A stretch of DNA of 64,000 nt from Muribaculaceae bacterium (lineage in GTDB: Bacteria > Bacteroidota > Bacteroidia > Bacteroidales > Muribaculaceae): assembly GCA_022510405.1 (NCBI GenBank), contig JAFLTP010000007.1, positions 1,343 to 65,342 of the forward strand, written 5' to 3'. Shown piece after piece: positions 1 through 9,537 of this stretch. The notes beneath the pieces are model-generated. The model did no database searches and had not been told where the DNA came from. It worked only from the letters and a program-made list of their open reading frames with translations. The position numbers were made by a program, and so were the translations under genes. Position 1 is the stretch's first letter, and every line of letters starts with the position of its first letter.

Positions 1-421
1 GATGATCTGTCTGCCCGAGCATGAATCTTAGAGTCTGTATTTGTGCGTCAGGAATAACGGCTATTGGAGAACCTACAGTTGGAGACTCGAGGGAACGATT
101 AACCATGAAACGGTTGACGAAGGGAAGTTTTACGATTTCACGGCGTTGTTTCTCGGTGCATCTTACAAAGACTTTCGCAGGGATCACCACACGATCGAGT
201 TCTTTTCGTTTACCATTGGCCCAGACTCTCATTTCGGACTGGGTTGCGACGAAAGATTCAATATTCAGGTTTTGGAATTGTCGGGCGATCATTTTTTCGT
301 GACGGGAATTGACAATAGCAACGAACCATTTGGGTTTGGGCACGCCTACGGCGTCGTCAACGTCGGGGGACGGAGACGGGGTGGATTCGCCTGATTGTGA
401 GGATATGACATCCAGTTCCAT
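1..421 (-). CDS. UpxY-family (NusG-like) transcription antiterminator, N-terminal part; the ORF runs off the left edge
   Basis: Missing from the ORF track because there is no stop in the window. A minus-strand ATG at 421..419 opens an uninterrupted frame down to base 1: MELDVISSQSGESTPSPSPDVDDAVGVPKPKWFVAIVNSRHEKMIARQFQNLNIESFVATQSEMRVWANGKRKELDRVVIPAKVFVRCTEKQRREIVKLPFVNRFMV... This is the NGN-domain pattern of Bacteroidales capsule-locus UpxY proteins. It explains the shadow + ORFs 21..302 and 41..394. Confidence 0.7.
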   Translation of the reverse strand, partial: MELDVISSQSGESTPSPSPDVDDAVGVPKPKWFVAIVNSRHEKMIARQFQNLNIESFVATQSEMRVWANGKRKELDRVVIPAKVFVRCTEKQRREIVKLPFVNRFMVNRSLESPTVGSPIAVIPDAQIQTLRFMLGQTDH

Positions 422-467
422 CACAAAAATTTGGTGTAACCCGTGATTAGGGATTCCTAAATTTTTA

Positions 468-475
468 CAAAGATA
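468..475 (-). promoter_or_regulatory. Candidate Bacteroidetes -7 promoter box (TATCTTTG) for the upxY transcript
   Basis: The + strand caaagata is TATCTTTG on the minus strand, matching TAnnTTTG, about 47 nt upstream of the ATG at 421. Confidence 0.35.
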
Positions 476-562
476 TAGAAAAAACTGCAAAACCATATAT
501 TTTTGAAATGGGAAATATTATTAAAAATAGTGAATTCGAATGGGGAGAGGTTGAAGGGAAAG

Positions 563-614
563 GGAAGACTTGGAAGTCTTCCTCTCAATTTTGGGAGGAC
601 CGGAATGTCCTCCC
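563..614 (-). terminator. Two tandem stem-loops immediately 3' of the integrase stop; weak terminator candidates
   Basis: gggaggac-cggaat-gtcctccc at 593..614 and ggaagact-tgga-agtcttcc at 563..582 each have perfect 8-bp stems. The U-tracts on the minus strand are poor. Confidence 0.4.
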
Positions 615-616
615 TC

Positions 617-1561
617 CTATAGAAGGGTGATGAGACGATGATTTGCTTTGTCGATTACGGAGTTGTCGAGGCTGGCGAGATAGATCTTGGTGGTGAGTTC
701 GCTATCGTGGCCGAGTCCTTCGCTTATGATGCTGAGCGGGATGCCGTTGGAGTGAGCGATGGAAGCCCATGAATGTCGGGCGACATACATTGAGAGGGGC
801 ACTCCAAGTTTCAGGCGATTGGAGATTTTCTTAAGTGATTTGTTAATCTTATAGCTGACATATTTATATGCGCATCGTTGGTTTATTTCTTCCTTGGTTA
901 TAATCGGCAATAGGTAACGAGTCCGGTTTCGAGGATATTTATCAATCACAAGCTGCATTTCTTTTGTCCATTCGATTGAGAGGAGTTGGCCGGTTTTTCG
1001 ACGGCGGTAGTTGATACGACCGTTGGCGAGGTCGGTTTTCTTAATGAAAGCCATATCGATAAAACTCATTCCTCTCAACATGAAACTAAGGATAAACATA
1101 TCTCGGGCAAAATCCTCGGAGGGGTAAAGGGAAAGGTCGACAGACTTTATTTTTTTGATGGCAGACAGAGTGAGGGCTCGTTTTTTTGTTTTGCCGATAC
1201 CGGTGTAGACGTGGCGAAAAGGAAAGAGGTTTTCAATTATTTTATCTTCGACGGCTCGATTGTAGACAGCGCGAAGGATGCGGTTGTAGAAGGAGACTGT
1301 GTTTTGAGTCAGGCCATTTGATTTTTGCCATGATTGGAATTCTTGCATGAGTTTTGAATCGATGGAACGGAGGGGTAGGTCTTTGTTTTTACGGAATTTT
1401 TTGAAGCAATTGAGGGTGGAGGAGTAAGTTTCGGCGGTGCGGATTTTGCCGGTGGATTTGAGTGCAGTGATCAGGGACTGCATATAGATGAAAAGGGTTT
1501 GCATGGAATAGTTGGTTGTAAGTTGTAGGTTGTGGCACGCCGAGGACAGCGTTGGTTTCAT
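617..1561 (-). CDS. Tyrosine-type site-specific recombinase/integrase (Bacteroidales family)
   Basis: The C-terminal catalytic region ...ARHSWASIAHSNGIPLSIISEGLGHDSELTTKIYL carries the R..H..R/H..Y signature. The N-terminal SAM-like domain reads KIRTAETYSSTLNCFKKF. An alternative ATG at 1504 (MQTLFIYMQSL...) fits family N-termini better. Confidence 0.85.
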   Translation of the reverse strand: MKPTLSSACHNLQLTTNYSMQTLFIYMQSLITALKSTGKIRTAETYSSTLNCFKKFRKNKDLPLRSIDSKLMQEFQSWQKSNGLTQNTVSFYNRILRAVYNRAVEDKIIENLFPFRHVYTGIGKTKKRALTLSAIKKIKSVDLSLYPSEDFARDMFILSFMLRGMSFIDMAFIKKTDLANGRINYRRRKTGQLLSIEWTKEMQLVIDKYPRNRTRYLLPIITKEEINQRCAYKYVSYKINKSLKKISNRLKLGVPLSMYVARHSWASIAHSNGIPLSIISEGLGHDSELTTKIYLASLDNSVIDKANHRLITLL

Positions 1562-1584
1562 ATTTTGGATGTAATGGGGTAATC

Positions 1585-1613
1585 AAATAAAAAAGGAGGC
1601 TTGGAGGCCTCCT
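1585..1613 (-). terminator. Rho-independent terminator of sodB
   Basis: The minus strand reads aggaggc-ctccaa-gcctcct (7-bp GC-rich stem) followed by TTTTTTATTT. Confidence 0.7.
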
Positions 1614-1620
1614 GGTATTT

Positions 1621-1677
1621 GACTTTAGGAAAAGTTCTTTCCGTTTTAGAACTTTGGAAAAGTTTTTTCTGTTTTAG
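1621..1677. repeat. Two B-type ~29-bp hairpin repeat units overlapping the sodB stop codon
   Basis: gactttaggaaaagttctttccgttttag / aactttggaaaagttttttctgttttag. This is the same unit as the arrays at 2531..3029. Confidence 0.8.
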
Positions 1678-2255
1678 TTTTCGTAGCGCATTTCGATGAT
1701 TGACCAGTCTACGATATCCCAGAGTTTGTGGAGATATGAAGCTCTCAAGTTCTGATAGTCGAGGTAATATGCGTGTTCCCATACGTCGAATGTAAGGATT
1801 GGTTTTAGTCCTTGAGTCATTGGGTTTTCGGCATTTTTGGCCTGTGTGATGAAGAGTTCACCGTTGTCATCACGAGATACCCATACGTAACCGGAACCGA
1901 AAACTGCAACACCGGCTTCTTCAACCTGTTTTTTGAATTCGTCGAGGGAACCGAACTGTTTTTCGATTTGAGCTCTCAAAGTACCTGAAGGTTCTTTGTA
2001 ACCATCGGGGCTGAACTGGAAGAAGTAGAAAATATGGTTCCAAGCCTGAGAAGCCTGGTTGAAGAGTTTGCCATCGCTTTTGCAGATGATATCTTCAAGC
2101 GCCATGTTTTCATAGTCGGTGCCTTCGATAAGTTTATTAAGAGTATCTATATAAGCCTTTTCGTGTTTTCCATAATGGAATTCGATAGTGCGTGCAGAGA
2201 TGACGGGTTCCAAAGCGTCTTGAGCGTAAGGGAGTTTAGGTTGTGTAAATTTCAT
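1674..2255 (-). CDS. sodB: Fe/Mn superoxide dismutase
   Basis: 193 aa. MKFTQPKLPYAQDALEPVISARTIEFHYGKHEKAYIDTLN... and ...DVWEHAYYLDYQNLRASYL are diagnostic SOD_Fe N- and C-terminal motifs. Confidence 0.95.
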   Translation of the reverse strand: MKFTQPKLPYAQDALEPVISARTIEFHYGKHEKAYIDTLNKLIEGTDYENMALEDIICKSDGKLFNQASQAWNHIFYFFQFSPDGYKEPSGTLRAQIEKQFGSLDEFKKQVEEAGVAVFGSGYVWVSRDDNGELFITQAKNAENPMTQGLKPILTFDVWEHAYYLDYQNLRASYLHKLWDIVDWSIIEMRYEN

Positions 2256-2348
2256 AATTTTAATGTTTTAGAGTTATATATTAGTATAACAAATGTTGTG
2301 GGGTTTAGGTTGTTAATGTTTTTGGGGTTTTTTAATGTTTTTGGGGTT

Positions 2349-2467
2349 TTAGGCCCCCTTCAGGGAGAGAGGCATTTTTTGTTTTATTTTGTTTTGCCCC
2401 CAGGCTGCGAACCTCTCCGAGGTTTCTTGCCAGGGGTTATCTATGTTTAACCCCGCCGGGGTAATTT
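2349..2467. repeat. Type-1 intergenic module (A head plus C' hairpin body), copy 1
   Basis: ttaggcccccttcagggagagaggcatttttt...ccccaggctgcgaacctctccgaggtttcttgccaggggttatctatgtttaaccccgccggggtaattt. The ~70-bp body differs at only 2 positions from the copy at 7538..7606. Confidence 0.85.
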
Positions 2468-2530
2468 GTTTTTTTGTATTTGGTGTTTTTTGGAGTTCTA
2501 GGAGTTTTAGGAGGGCTGGGAGGAATGAGA

Positions 2531-3050
2531 AATTTGGAAAAGTTCTTCCCATTTTGAGGACTTTGGAAAAGTTCTTTCCGTTTTTAGAACTTTAAAAAAG
2601 TTCTGCCCGTTTTGGGTAAGCCCCCGATGGGGAGAGAGGTATTTTTTTTAATTTTGAGATTATTTTTTCCGGAGGGTTTCGCTTCGCTACACCCCCGGCT
2701 AACAATCTGTGACCCTTGCAGGGTCATGGGGAGGGGACTTTGGAAAAGTCGTGTCCGTTTTGAGATCTTAGGATAAGTTCTTCCCATTTTGAGGACTTTG
2801 GGAAAAGTCCTGCCCATTAAGAACTTAAGGATAAGTTCTGCCCGTTTTGGGTAGGCCCCTATTGGGGAGAGAGGCATTTATTATAAATTTTGTGATTTAT
2901 TTTTCCGGAGGGTTTCGCTTCGCTGCACCCCCGGCTAACACTCTGTGAACCCTTTCAGGGTCATGGATAGAGGATTTTGGAAAAGTCCGATCCATTAAGA
3001 ACTTGGTGATAAGTTCTTCCCGTTTTGGGTAGACCCCCGATGGGGAGATC
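2531..3050. repeat. Nested tandem array: B units (~27-30 bp) x3, A-C module, B x4, A-C module, B x2, truncated A
   Basis: B runs lie at 2531..2616, 2737..2851 and 2973..3029. A heads (gggtaRgcccc-loop-ggggagagagg) lie at 2617, 2852 and 3030. C bodies (ttccggagggtttcgcttcgctRcacccccggctaaca.tctgtga.ccctt.cagggtcatgg) lie at 2666..2728 and 2893..2955. Confidence 0.85.
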
Positions 3051-3081
3051 CGAATTGTAGGATCAAAATTTTAACCAACCA

Positions 3082-3099
3082 GACGTGGCACGCCACGTC
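3082..3099 (-). terminator. GC-rich palindrome 10 nt 3' of the thiH stop; candidate operon terminator or REP-like hairpin
   Basis: gacgtgg-cacg-ccacgtc has a perfect 7-bp stem. The downstream minus-strand sequence tggttggttaaaatttt is only moderately U-rich. Confidence 0.4.
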
Positions 3100-3109
3100 C
3101 CTACAAAGG

Positions 3110-6012
<2,903 letters not shown>

Positions 6013-6792
6013 TTAAGAGTTGAGGAAAGAGGTGAGGGGTGAAGAAGCTACGGCGGTTAGTGATTGGGCACCAAGTTGAGCAAGCCGTGCTTTTCGGCCG
6101 GCAATGACCGCGAGTTTGAAAGCTTCGGCCATTTCCACAGGGTCACCGGCTGTAGCGATAGCAGTGTTAACGAGCACCGCATCGGCCCCCATTTCCATTG
6201 CCTGAGCCGCATGTGACGGAGCGCCGAGTCCGGCATCAATCACCACCGGCAGATTAGATTGTTCTATAATAATTTCCAACAGATCCTTGGTAACCAGTCC
6301 TCGGTTGGAACCGATAGGAGCTCCCAACGGCATAACGGCAGAGGCTCCGGCCTCCTCGAGGAGCTTGCAAAGCACAGGATCCGCTTGAATGTAAGGAAGC
6401 ACCACAAAACCATCCGCTGCCAAAGTTTCCGTGGCTTTAAGAGTTTCCACCGGATCCGGCATAAGGTATTTTGGATCAGGATGGATCTCCAGTTTAATGA
6501 AATCAGTATGGAAAATCTCACGGCTCATTTGAGCAGCAAGAACCGCTTCCTTTGCATCCCTTACCCCGGAAGTGTTGGGGAGTAGTTGCACATGATCACG
6601 GTTGATATGGGTAAGCATATCATCGGTGGCCTCGTTCATAAGATTCACCCTTTTCATAGCCACTGTGATCATTTCCGAACCTGAAGCAATTACACTTTTG
6701 AGCATAATATCAGGGGAAGGAAATTTACCTGTGCCTACGAAAAGGCGAGAAGAGAATTCACGGGGTCCGATTTTCAGCAAGTCAGCATCCAT
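6013..6792 (-). CDS. thiG: Thiazole synthase ThiG
   Basis: 259 aa with the motifs [21 protein letters not shown] and VLVNTAIA. Confidence 0.95.
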   Translation of the reverse strand: MDADLLKIGPREFSSRLFVGTGKFPSPDIMLKSVIASGSEMITVAMKRVNLMNEATDDMLTHINRDHVQLLPNTSGVRDAKEAVLAAQMSREIFHTDFIKLEIHPDPKYLMPDPVETLKATETLAADGFVVLPYIQADPVLCKLLEEAGASAVMPLGAPIGSNRGLVTKDLLEIIIEQSNLPVVIDAGLGAPSHAAQAMEMGADAVLVNTAIATAGDPVEMAEAFKLAVIAGRKARLAQLGAQSLTAVASSPLTSFLNS

Positions 6793-6796
6793 CCGA

Positions 6797-7426
6797 TCAA
6801 TCCATTTCAGTGTGAGGAAGAACCTTGAGGAAATCTTTGGTAGCCTTCACGATATCATCGGCATTCCCTATAGCCCCGCTGACAGCGATACCGTTGACAC
6901 CTGCTTCGAGAAGCGGCAACACATCGTCGATTGTAATTCCGCCTACGGCGACATGTGGTTTATTGATTTCGTTTTTCTCCATTTCATAGCAAATGTCACG
7001 GATACCGCTAAGACCAAGAACGGGTGCAAGGTTTTCTTTTGTTTTAGTTTCAGCATAGGGACCGATGCCATAATAGTCGATATCGAGTTGACTTACAGCC
7101 GCCACATCGGCATATGTGTTAGCAGTGACACCGATAACGGCAGCAGGACCAAGAATCATACGCGCCTTACTTGCGGGCATATCTTCCTTACCAAGATGAA
7201 CGCCACCTACGTTGAGTTCCTTGGCAAGTTCCACACGGTCGTTAAGCAACAGGAATGCACCTGTTTCGATACATTTTGGTTTTACGGCATCAACTATTTT
7301 CTTTATTTCTTCGTCAGATGCGTCTTTCATACGGATTTGTATCCAGCGGCATCCACCTTCGAGAACGGCGAAAATTTGATCTGTAACGGGAGTTTTTGAG
7401 TTTGTGTTAGTGATGAATTGTAGCAT
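6797..7426 (-). CDS. thiE: Thiamine-phosphate synthase ThiE
   Basis: 209 aa with ...IQIRMKD..., [10 protein letters not shown] and GGI..DDV motifs, in the thi operon. Confidence 0.85.
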   Translation of the reverse strand: MLQFITNTNSKTPVTDQIFAVLEGGCRWIQIRMKDASDEEIKKIVDAVKPKCIETGAFLLLNDRVELAKELNVGGVHLGKEDMPASKARMILGPAAVIGVTANTYADVAAVSQLDIDYYGIGPYAETKTKENLAPVLGLSGIRDICYEMEKNEINKPHVAVGGITIDDVLPLLEAGVNGIAVSGAIGNADDIVKATKDFLKVLPHTEMD

Positions 7427-7490
7427 ATTTATGTTTTTTGTGTTTTTGTTGTTGTTAGTGTTTTTGTTGTTTTTATTGTTTTAATTGTGT
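7427..7490. repeat. C-free (+ strand) G/T low-complexity tract directly upstream of the thiE ATG
   Basis: There is no C from 7427 to 7494 on the + strand, so the sense RNA has no G: ...AACACAAUUAAAACAAUAAAAACAACAAAAACACUAACAACAACAAAAACACAAAAAACAUAAAU-AUG. Confidence 0.8.
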
Positions 7491-7606
7491 TAGGCCCACT
7501 TCGGGGAGAGAGGTACTTTTTTATTTTTGTCTTTTATCCCCAGGCTGCGAACCTCTCCGAGGTTTCTTGCCAGGGGTTATCTATGTTGAACCCCTCCGGG
7601 GTAATT
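7491..7606. repeat. Type-1 intergenic module (A head plus C' body), copy 2, inside the thi operon
   Basis: taggcccacttcggggagagaggtactttttt...ccccaggctgcgaacctctccgaggtttcttgccaggggttatctatgttgaacccctccggggtaatttt. Near-identical to 2349..2467. Confidence 0.85.
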
Positions 7607-7697
7607 TTCTTTTGTTATTAAAGTTTTTGGTGTTTTTATTGTTATTATTGTTTTTTGTGTTATTATTGTTTTTAGGGTTTTTTGTTTTTTGGTGTTG

Positions 7698-8258
7698 TTA
7701 GTGTTTTTTGGGTTTTAAGTGAGCGGGGAGGGAAGGGAAGAAGTGGCCAAGGAGGGCGGCTCCTTTGAATCCGAGGGATTTTAAATAATCGAATTTTTCA
7801 GGTGTGACACCGCCAAGGGCTATGGCTTTCTTACCTTTGACAGCCTTTGAAAGTTTCGCATGATCGAAGCGAGCCATATAACCTTCCTTTGATATTGAAT
7901 CGAAAACAGGAGATATGAAAAAATAATCATAGGATTCCGCATCTTCAATTTCTTCCAAGGAATGAAGGGATATGCTTACAGATTTCGATTTCGGGTGAGT
8001 AGATCTATTACGGCTGTTCAAGTGAACACCCCCGAGGTCATACTTATCCAAAAGTTCGAAATGGTCATGCAATTTCAATCTGTGATGAAATTCGGGTTTG
8101 ATTTCCTTTATGAGCGATTCCACATCGTCTTCCGAATAATTCGGTTTACGAATATGCACAAAGTGTGCAAGATCACTGGAAAGAATATTCTCAATTCTTC
8201 CGGCCTCATCCGGGTATGGAACAGGAGGAGTGATCGCTATGACTATGAAATCGTTCAT
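7698..8258 (-). CDS. ThiE/TenI-family protein (second thiamine-phosphate synthase paralog or thiazole tautomerase-like)
   Basis: 186 aa. FVHIRKP..., GGVHLNSRN and ALGGVTPEKF motifs indicate the TMP-TENI fold. It lies between thiS and thiE. Confidence 0.7.
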   Translation of the reverse strand: MNDFIVIAITPPVPYPDEAGRIENILSSDLAHFVHIRKPNYSEDDVESLIKEIKPEFHHRLKLHDHFELLDKYDLGGVHLNSRNRSTHPKSKSVSISLHSLEEIEDAESYDYFFISPVFDSISKEGYMARFDHAKLSKAVKGKKAIALGGVTPEKFDYLKSLGFKGAALLGHFFPSLPAHLKPKKH

Positions 8259-8267
8259 AAAAAGAAC

Positions 8268-8471
8268 TTAACCCCCGAAAGCAGCAGAGATTACAGTGAC
8301 AAGATCATTTTCCTTTAGATTGGTTACCGGCCAGAGCTCCTGCTTAACTAGTTTATTATTAACCGCAATGGCAGTGCCTTGCGAAGGAATCTCTTTCCAT
8401 TTCACAAGATCGGCTATAGTCATAAAATCATTCGGCAGTTTCACCGGATTATCATTAATCGAAATGGTCAT
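8268..8471 (-). CDS. thiS: Sulfur-carrier protein ThiS
   Basis: 67 aa, ends in ...AAFGG-stop (C-terminal GG), and sits in the thi operon. Confidence 0.9.
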   Translation of the reverse strand: MTISINDNPVKLPNDFMTIADLVKWKEIPSQGTAIAVNNKLVKQELWPVTNLKENDLVTVISAAFGG

Positions 8472-9276
8472 ATTTTATTAAGTTTAAGGGTCCGTAATTA
8501 GAATTTCCCAGACTGTAGTCACAACTACTGTTGATTATTTCCTCCATTTTTTTGTTCGTAATCATGAATGCTTCTTCCAGGGAGAAACCGAGAGCCAGAT
8601 TACACGCCAAAAGAGAAGAATAAACGCATCCTGTGCCATGGAGGTTTTTACAATTGATCTTGGGATGAGAGTGGGAGCAAACTCCAGTATAACTCAAAAG
8701 TTTATCTGTAATTATTTTACCTTTGGCGTCTCCACCTTTGACAATCAAATGGTTAAGAGACAATTCTTTCAAAATAGTTGTGAAGGAAGCGAGATTTAGT
8801 CTCTTTTTGTTTAAAAGAACCTTTAATTCGTGAATGTTGGGAGTAGCTACTGAAGTCCAAGGGAAGATATTATACAAATATAATTGGGCTATTTCTGAAG
8901 GAGAGGTGCCACAGAAAAGATGGCCTCCATCGGCAGTGACGGAGAGAACCGGATCCACCACTACAGGGCTCTTTATCGGAAGATTTAAAAGAAAGTTGCC
9001 TACTTCAATAAAGTTATTCACACTGCCCATCATACCAACTTTTATGGCATCAGGTTGGCAGTCTTCAAGGATTCTATGTAACTGAGCTTGCAGAAGTGAA
9101 GAATCTATGGGGAGGATATCATATATGCCTTTTGAATTTTGCACAGTAACTGAAGTAACAGCAGTCACAACATGGAAACCCATTGCTTGACCGGCTCTGA
9201 TATCGGCCTGGATTCCGGCTCCTCCCATCGGATCACTACCTGCAATAGATAAAAGAGTCTTCAGTTTTTTGTGCAT
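8455..9276 (-). CDS. thiD: Hydroxymethylpyrimidine/phosphomethylpyrimidine kinase ThiD
   Basis: 273 aa with the motifs IAGSDPMGGAGIQADI, AIKVGMM and GTGC. First gene after the riboswitch; overlaps thiS by 17 nt. Confidence 0.9.
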   Translation of the reverse strand: MHKKLKTLLSIAGSDPMGGAGIQADIRAGQAMGFHVVTAVTSVTVQNSKGIYDILPIDSSLLQAQLHRILEDCQPDAIKVGMMGSVNNFIEVGNFLLNLPIKSPVVVDPVLSVTADGGHLFCGTSPSEIAQLYLYNIFPWTSVATPNIHELKVLLNKKRLNLASFTTILKELSLNHLIVKGGDAKGKIITDKLLSYTGVCSHSHPKINCKNLHGTGCVYSSLLACNLALGFSLEEAFMITNKKMEEIINSSCDYSLGNSNYGPLNLIKYDHFD

Positions 9277-9307
9277 AAAAAATCCGCATCAATTTAAATA
9301 ATGCGGA
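9277..9307 (-). terminator. Intrinsic terminator forming the expression platform of the TPP riboswitch
   Basis: The minus strand reads tccgcat-tatttaaattg-atgcgga followed by TTTTTT, ending directly before the thiD ATG. Confidence 0.7.
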
Positions 9308-9332
9308 AACAACATAGACTTCAAATAAATTG

Positions 9333-9408
9333 GAAGCTCCCTACGTCGGCATTATCCGCATCAGGTATACAGGGTATAATCTCAGCGAAAAAAACGCACC
9401 CCTGCTTC
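9333..9408 (-). promoter_or_regulatory. TPP (thiamine pyrophosphate) riboswitch aptamer
   Basis: The minus strand reads GAAGCAGGGGUGCGUUUUUUUCGCUGAGAUUAUACCCUGUAUACCUGAUGCGGAUAAUGCCGACGUAGGGAGCUUC. It has the conserved GGGGUGC, CUGAGA, ACCC, ACCUGAU, GGAUAAUGCC and CGUAGGGA blocks, and a P1 helix GAAGC/GCUUC. Confidence 0.95.
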
Positions 9409-9414
9409 TAAAGG

Positions 9415-9422
9415 CAAAGATA
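9415..9422 (-). promoter_or_regulatory. -7 promoter box (TATCTTTG) of the thi operon
   Basis: Matches TAnnTTTG and places the transcription start at about the 5' end of riboswitch P1. Confidence 0.6.
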
Positions 9423-9432
9423 GGAAGATTTT

Positions 9433-9537
9433 TTTAAAGTGTAAAGTTTAAAGTGTAAAGTTTAAATTGTAAAGTGTAAAGTTGAAAGTTTAAAGTTTAA
9501 AGTGTAAAGTTTAAAGTGTAAAGTTTAAAGTGTAAAG
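9433..9537. repeat. Heptanucleotide microsatellite, 15 x TKTAAAG (mostly alternating TTTAAAG/TGTAAAG)
   Basis: Fifteen contiguous 7-nt units counted by eye, running from 11 nt upstream of the thi -7 box to the base before the ligA stop codon (9538..9540). Confidence 0.95.

Noticed and set aside
21-394. + strand ORFs 21..302 and 41..394
   Set aside because: They are shadows of the minus-strand UpxY-like ORF (1..421), which has a clear NGN-domain sequence. The + ORFs have no recognisable features.
422-616. Invertible (phase-variable) promoter between the integrase and upxY
   Set aside because: No pair of 15-bp or longer inverted repeats flanks the candidate promoter within the spacer. Only local hairpins are present (446..461, 563..582, 593..614). 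This cannot be excluded without the flanking sequence to the left.
617-1561. Integrase as a marker of an integrated mobile element or prophage in the window
   Set aside because: It is a single recombinase gene with no adjacent mobilisation, excision, phage or cargo genes. There is no tRNA target and I could identify no att-like direct repeats. The neighbours are core genes (sodB, thi).
2291-2353. T4G4-like telomere or G-quadruplex motifs (tttttggggtttttt twice)
   Set aside because: The G-runs are separated by about 20-nt loops, too long for a canonical quadruplex. The pattern is better explained as part of the strand-asymmetric G/T tracts described in the findings.
2531-3050. Possible CRISPR array, since it contains regularly spaced ~29-bp repeats
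   Set aside because: The units are contiguous, with no unique spacers between them. They are degenerate and vary in length from 27 to 30 bp. No cas genes are nearby. The architecture is a nested satellite, not repeat-spacer.
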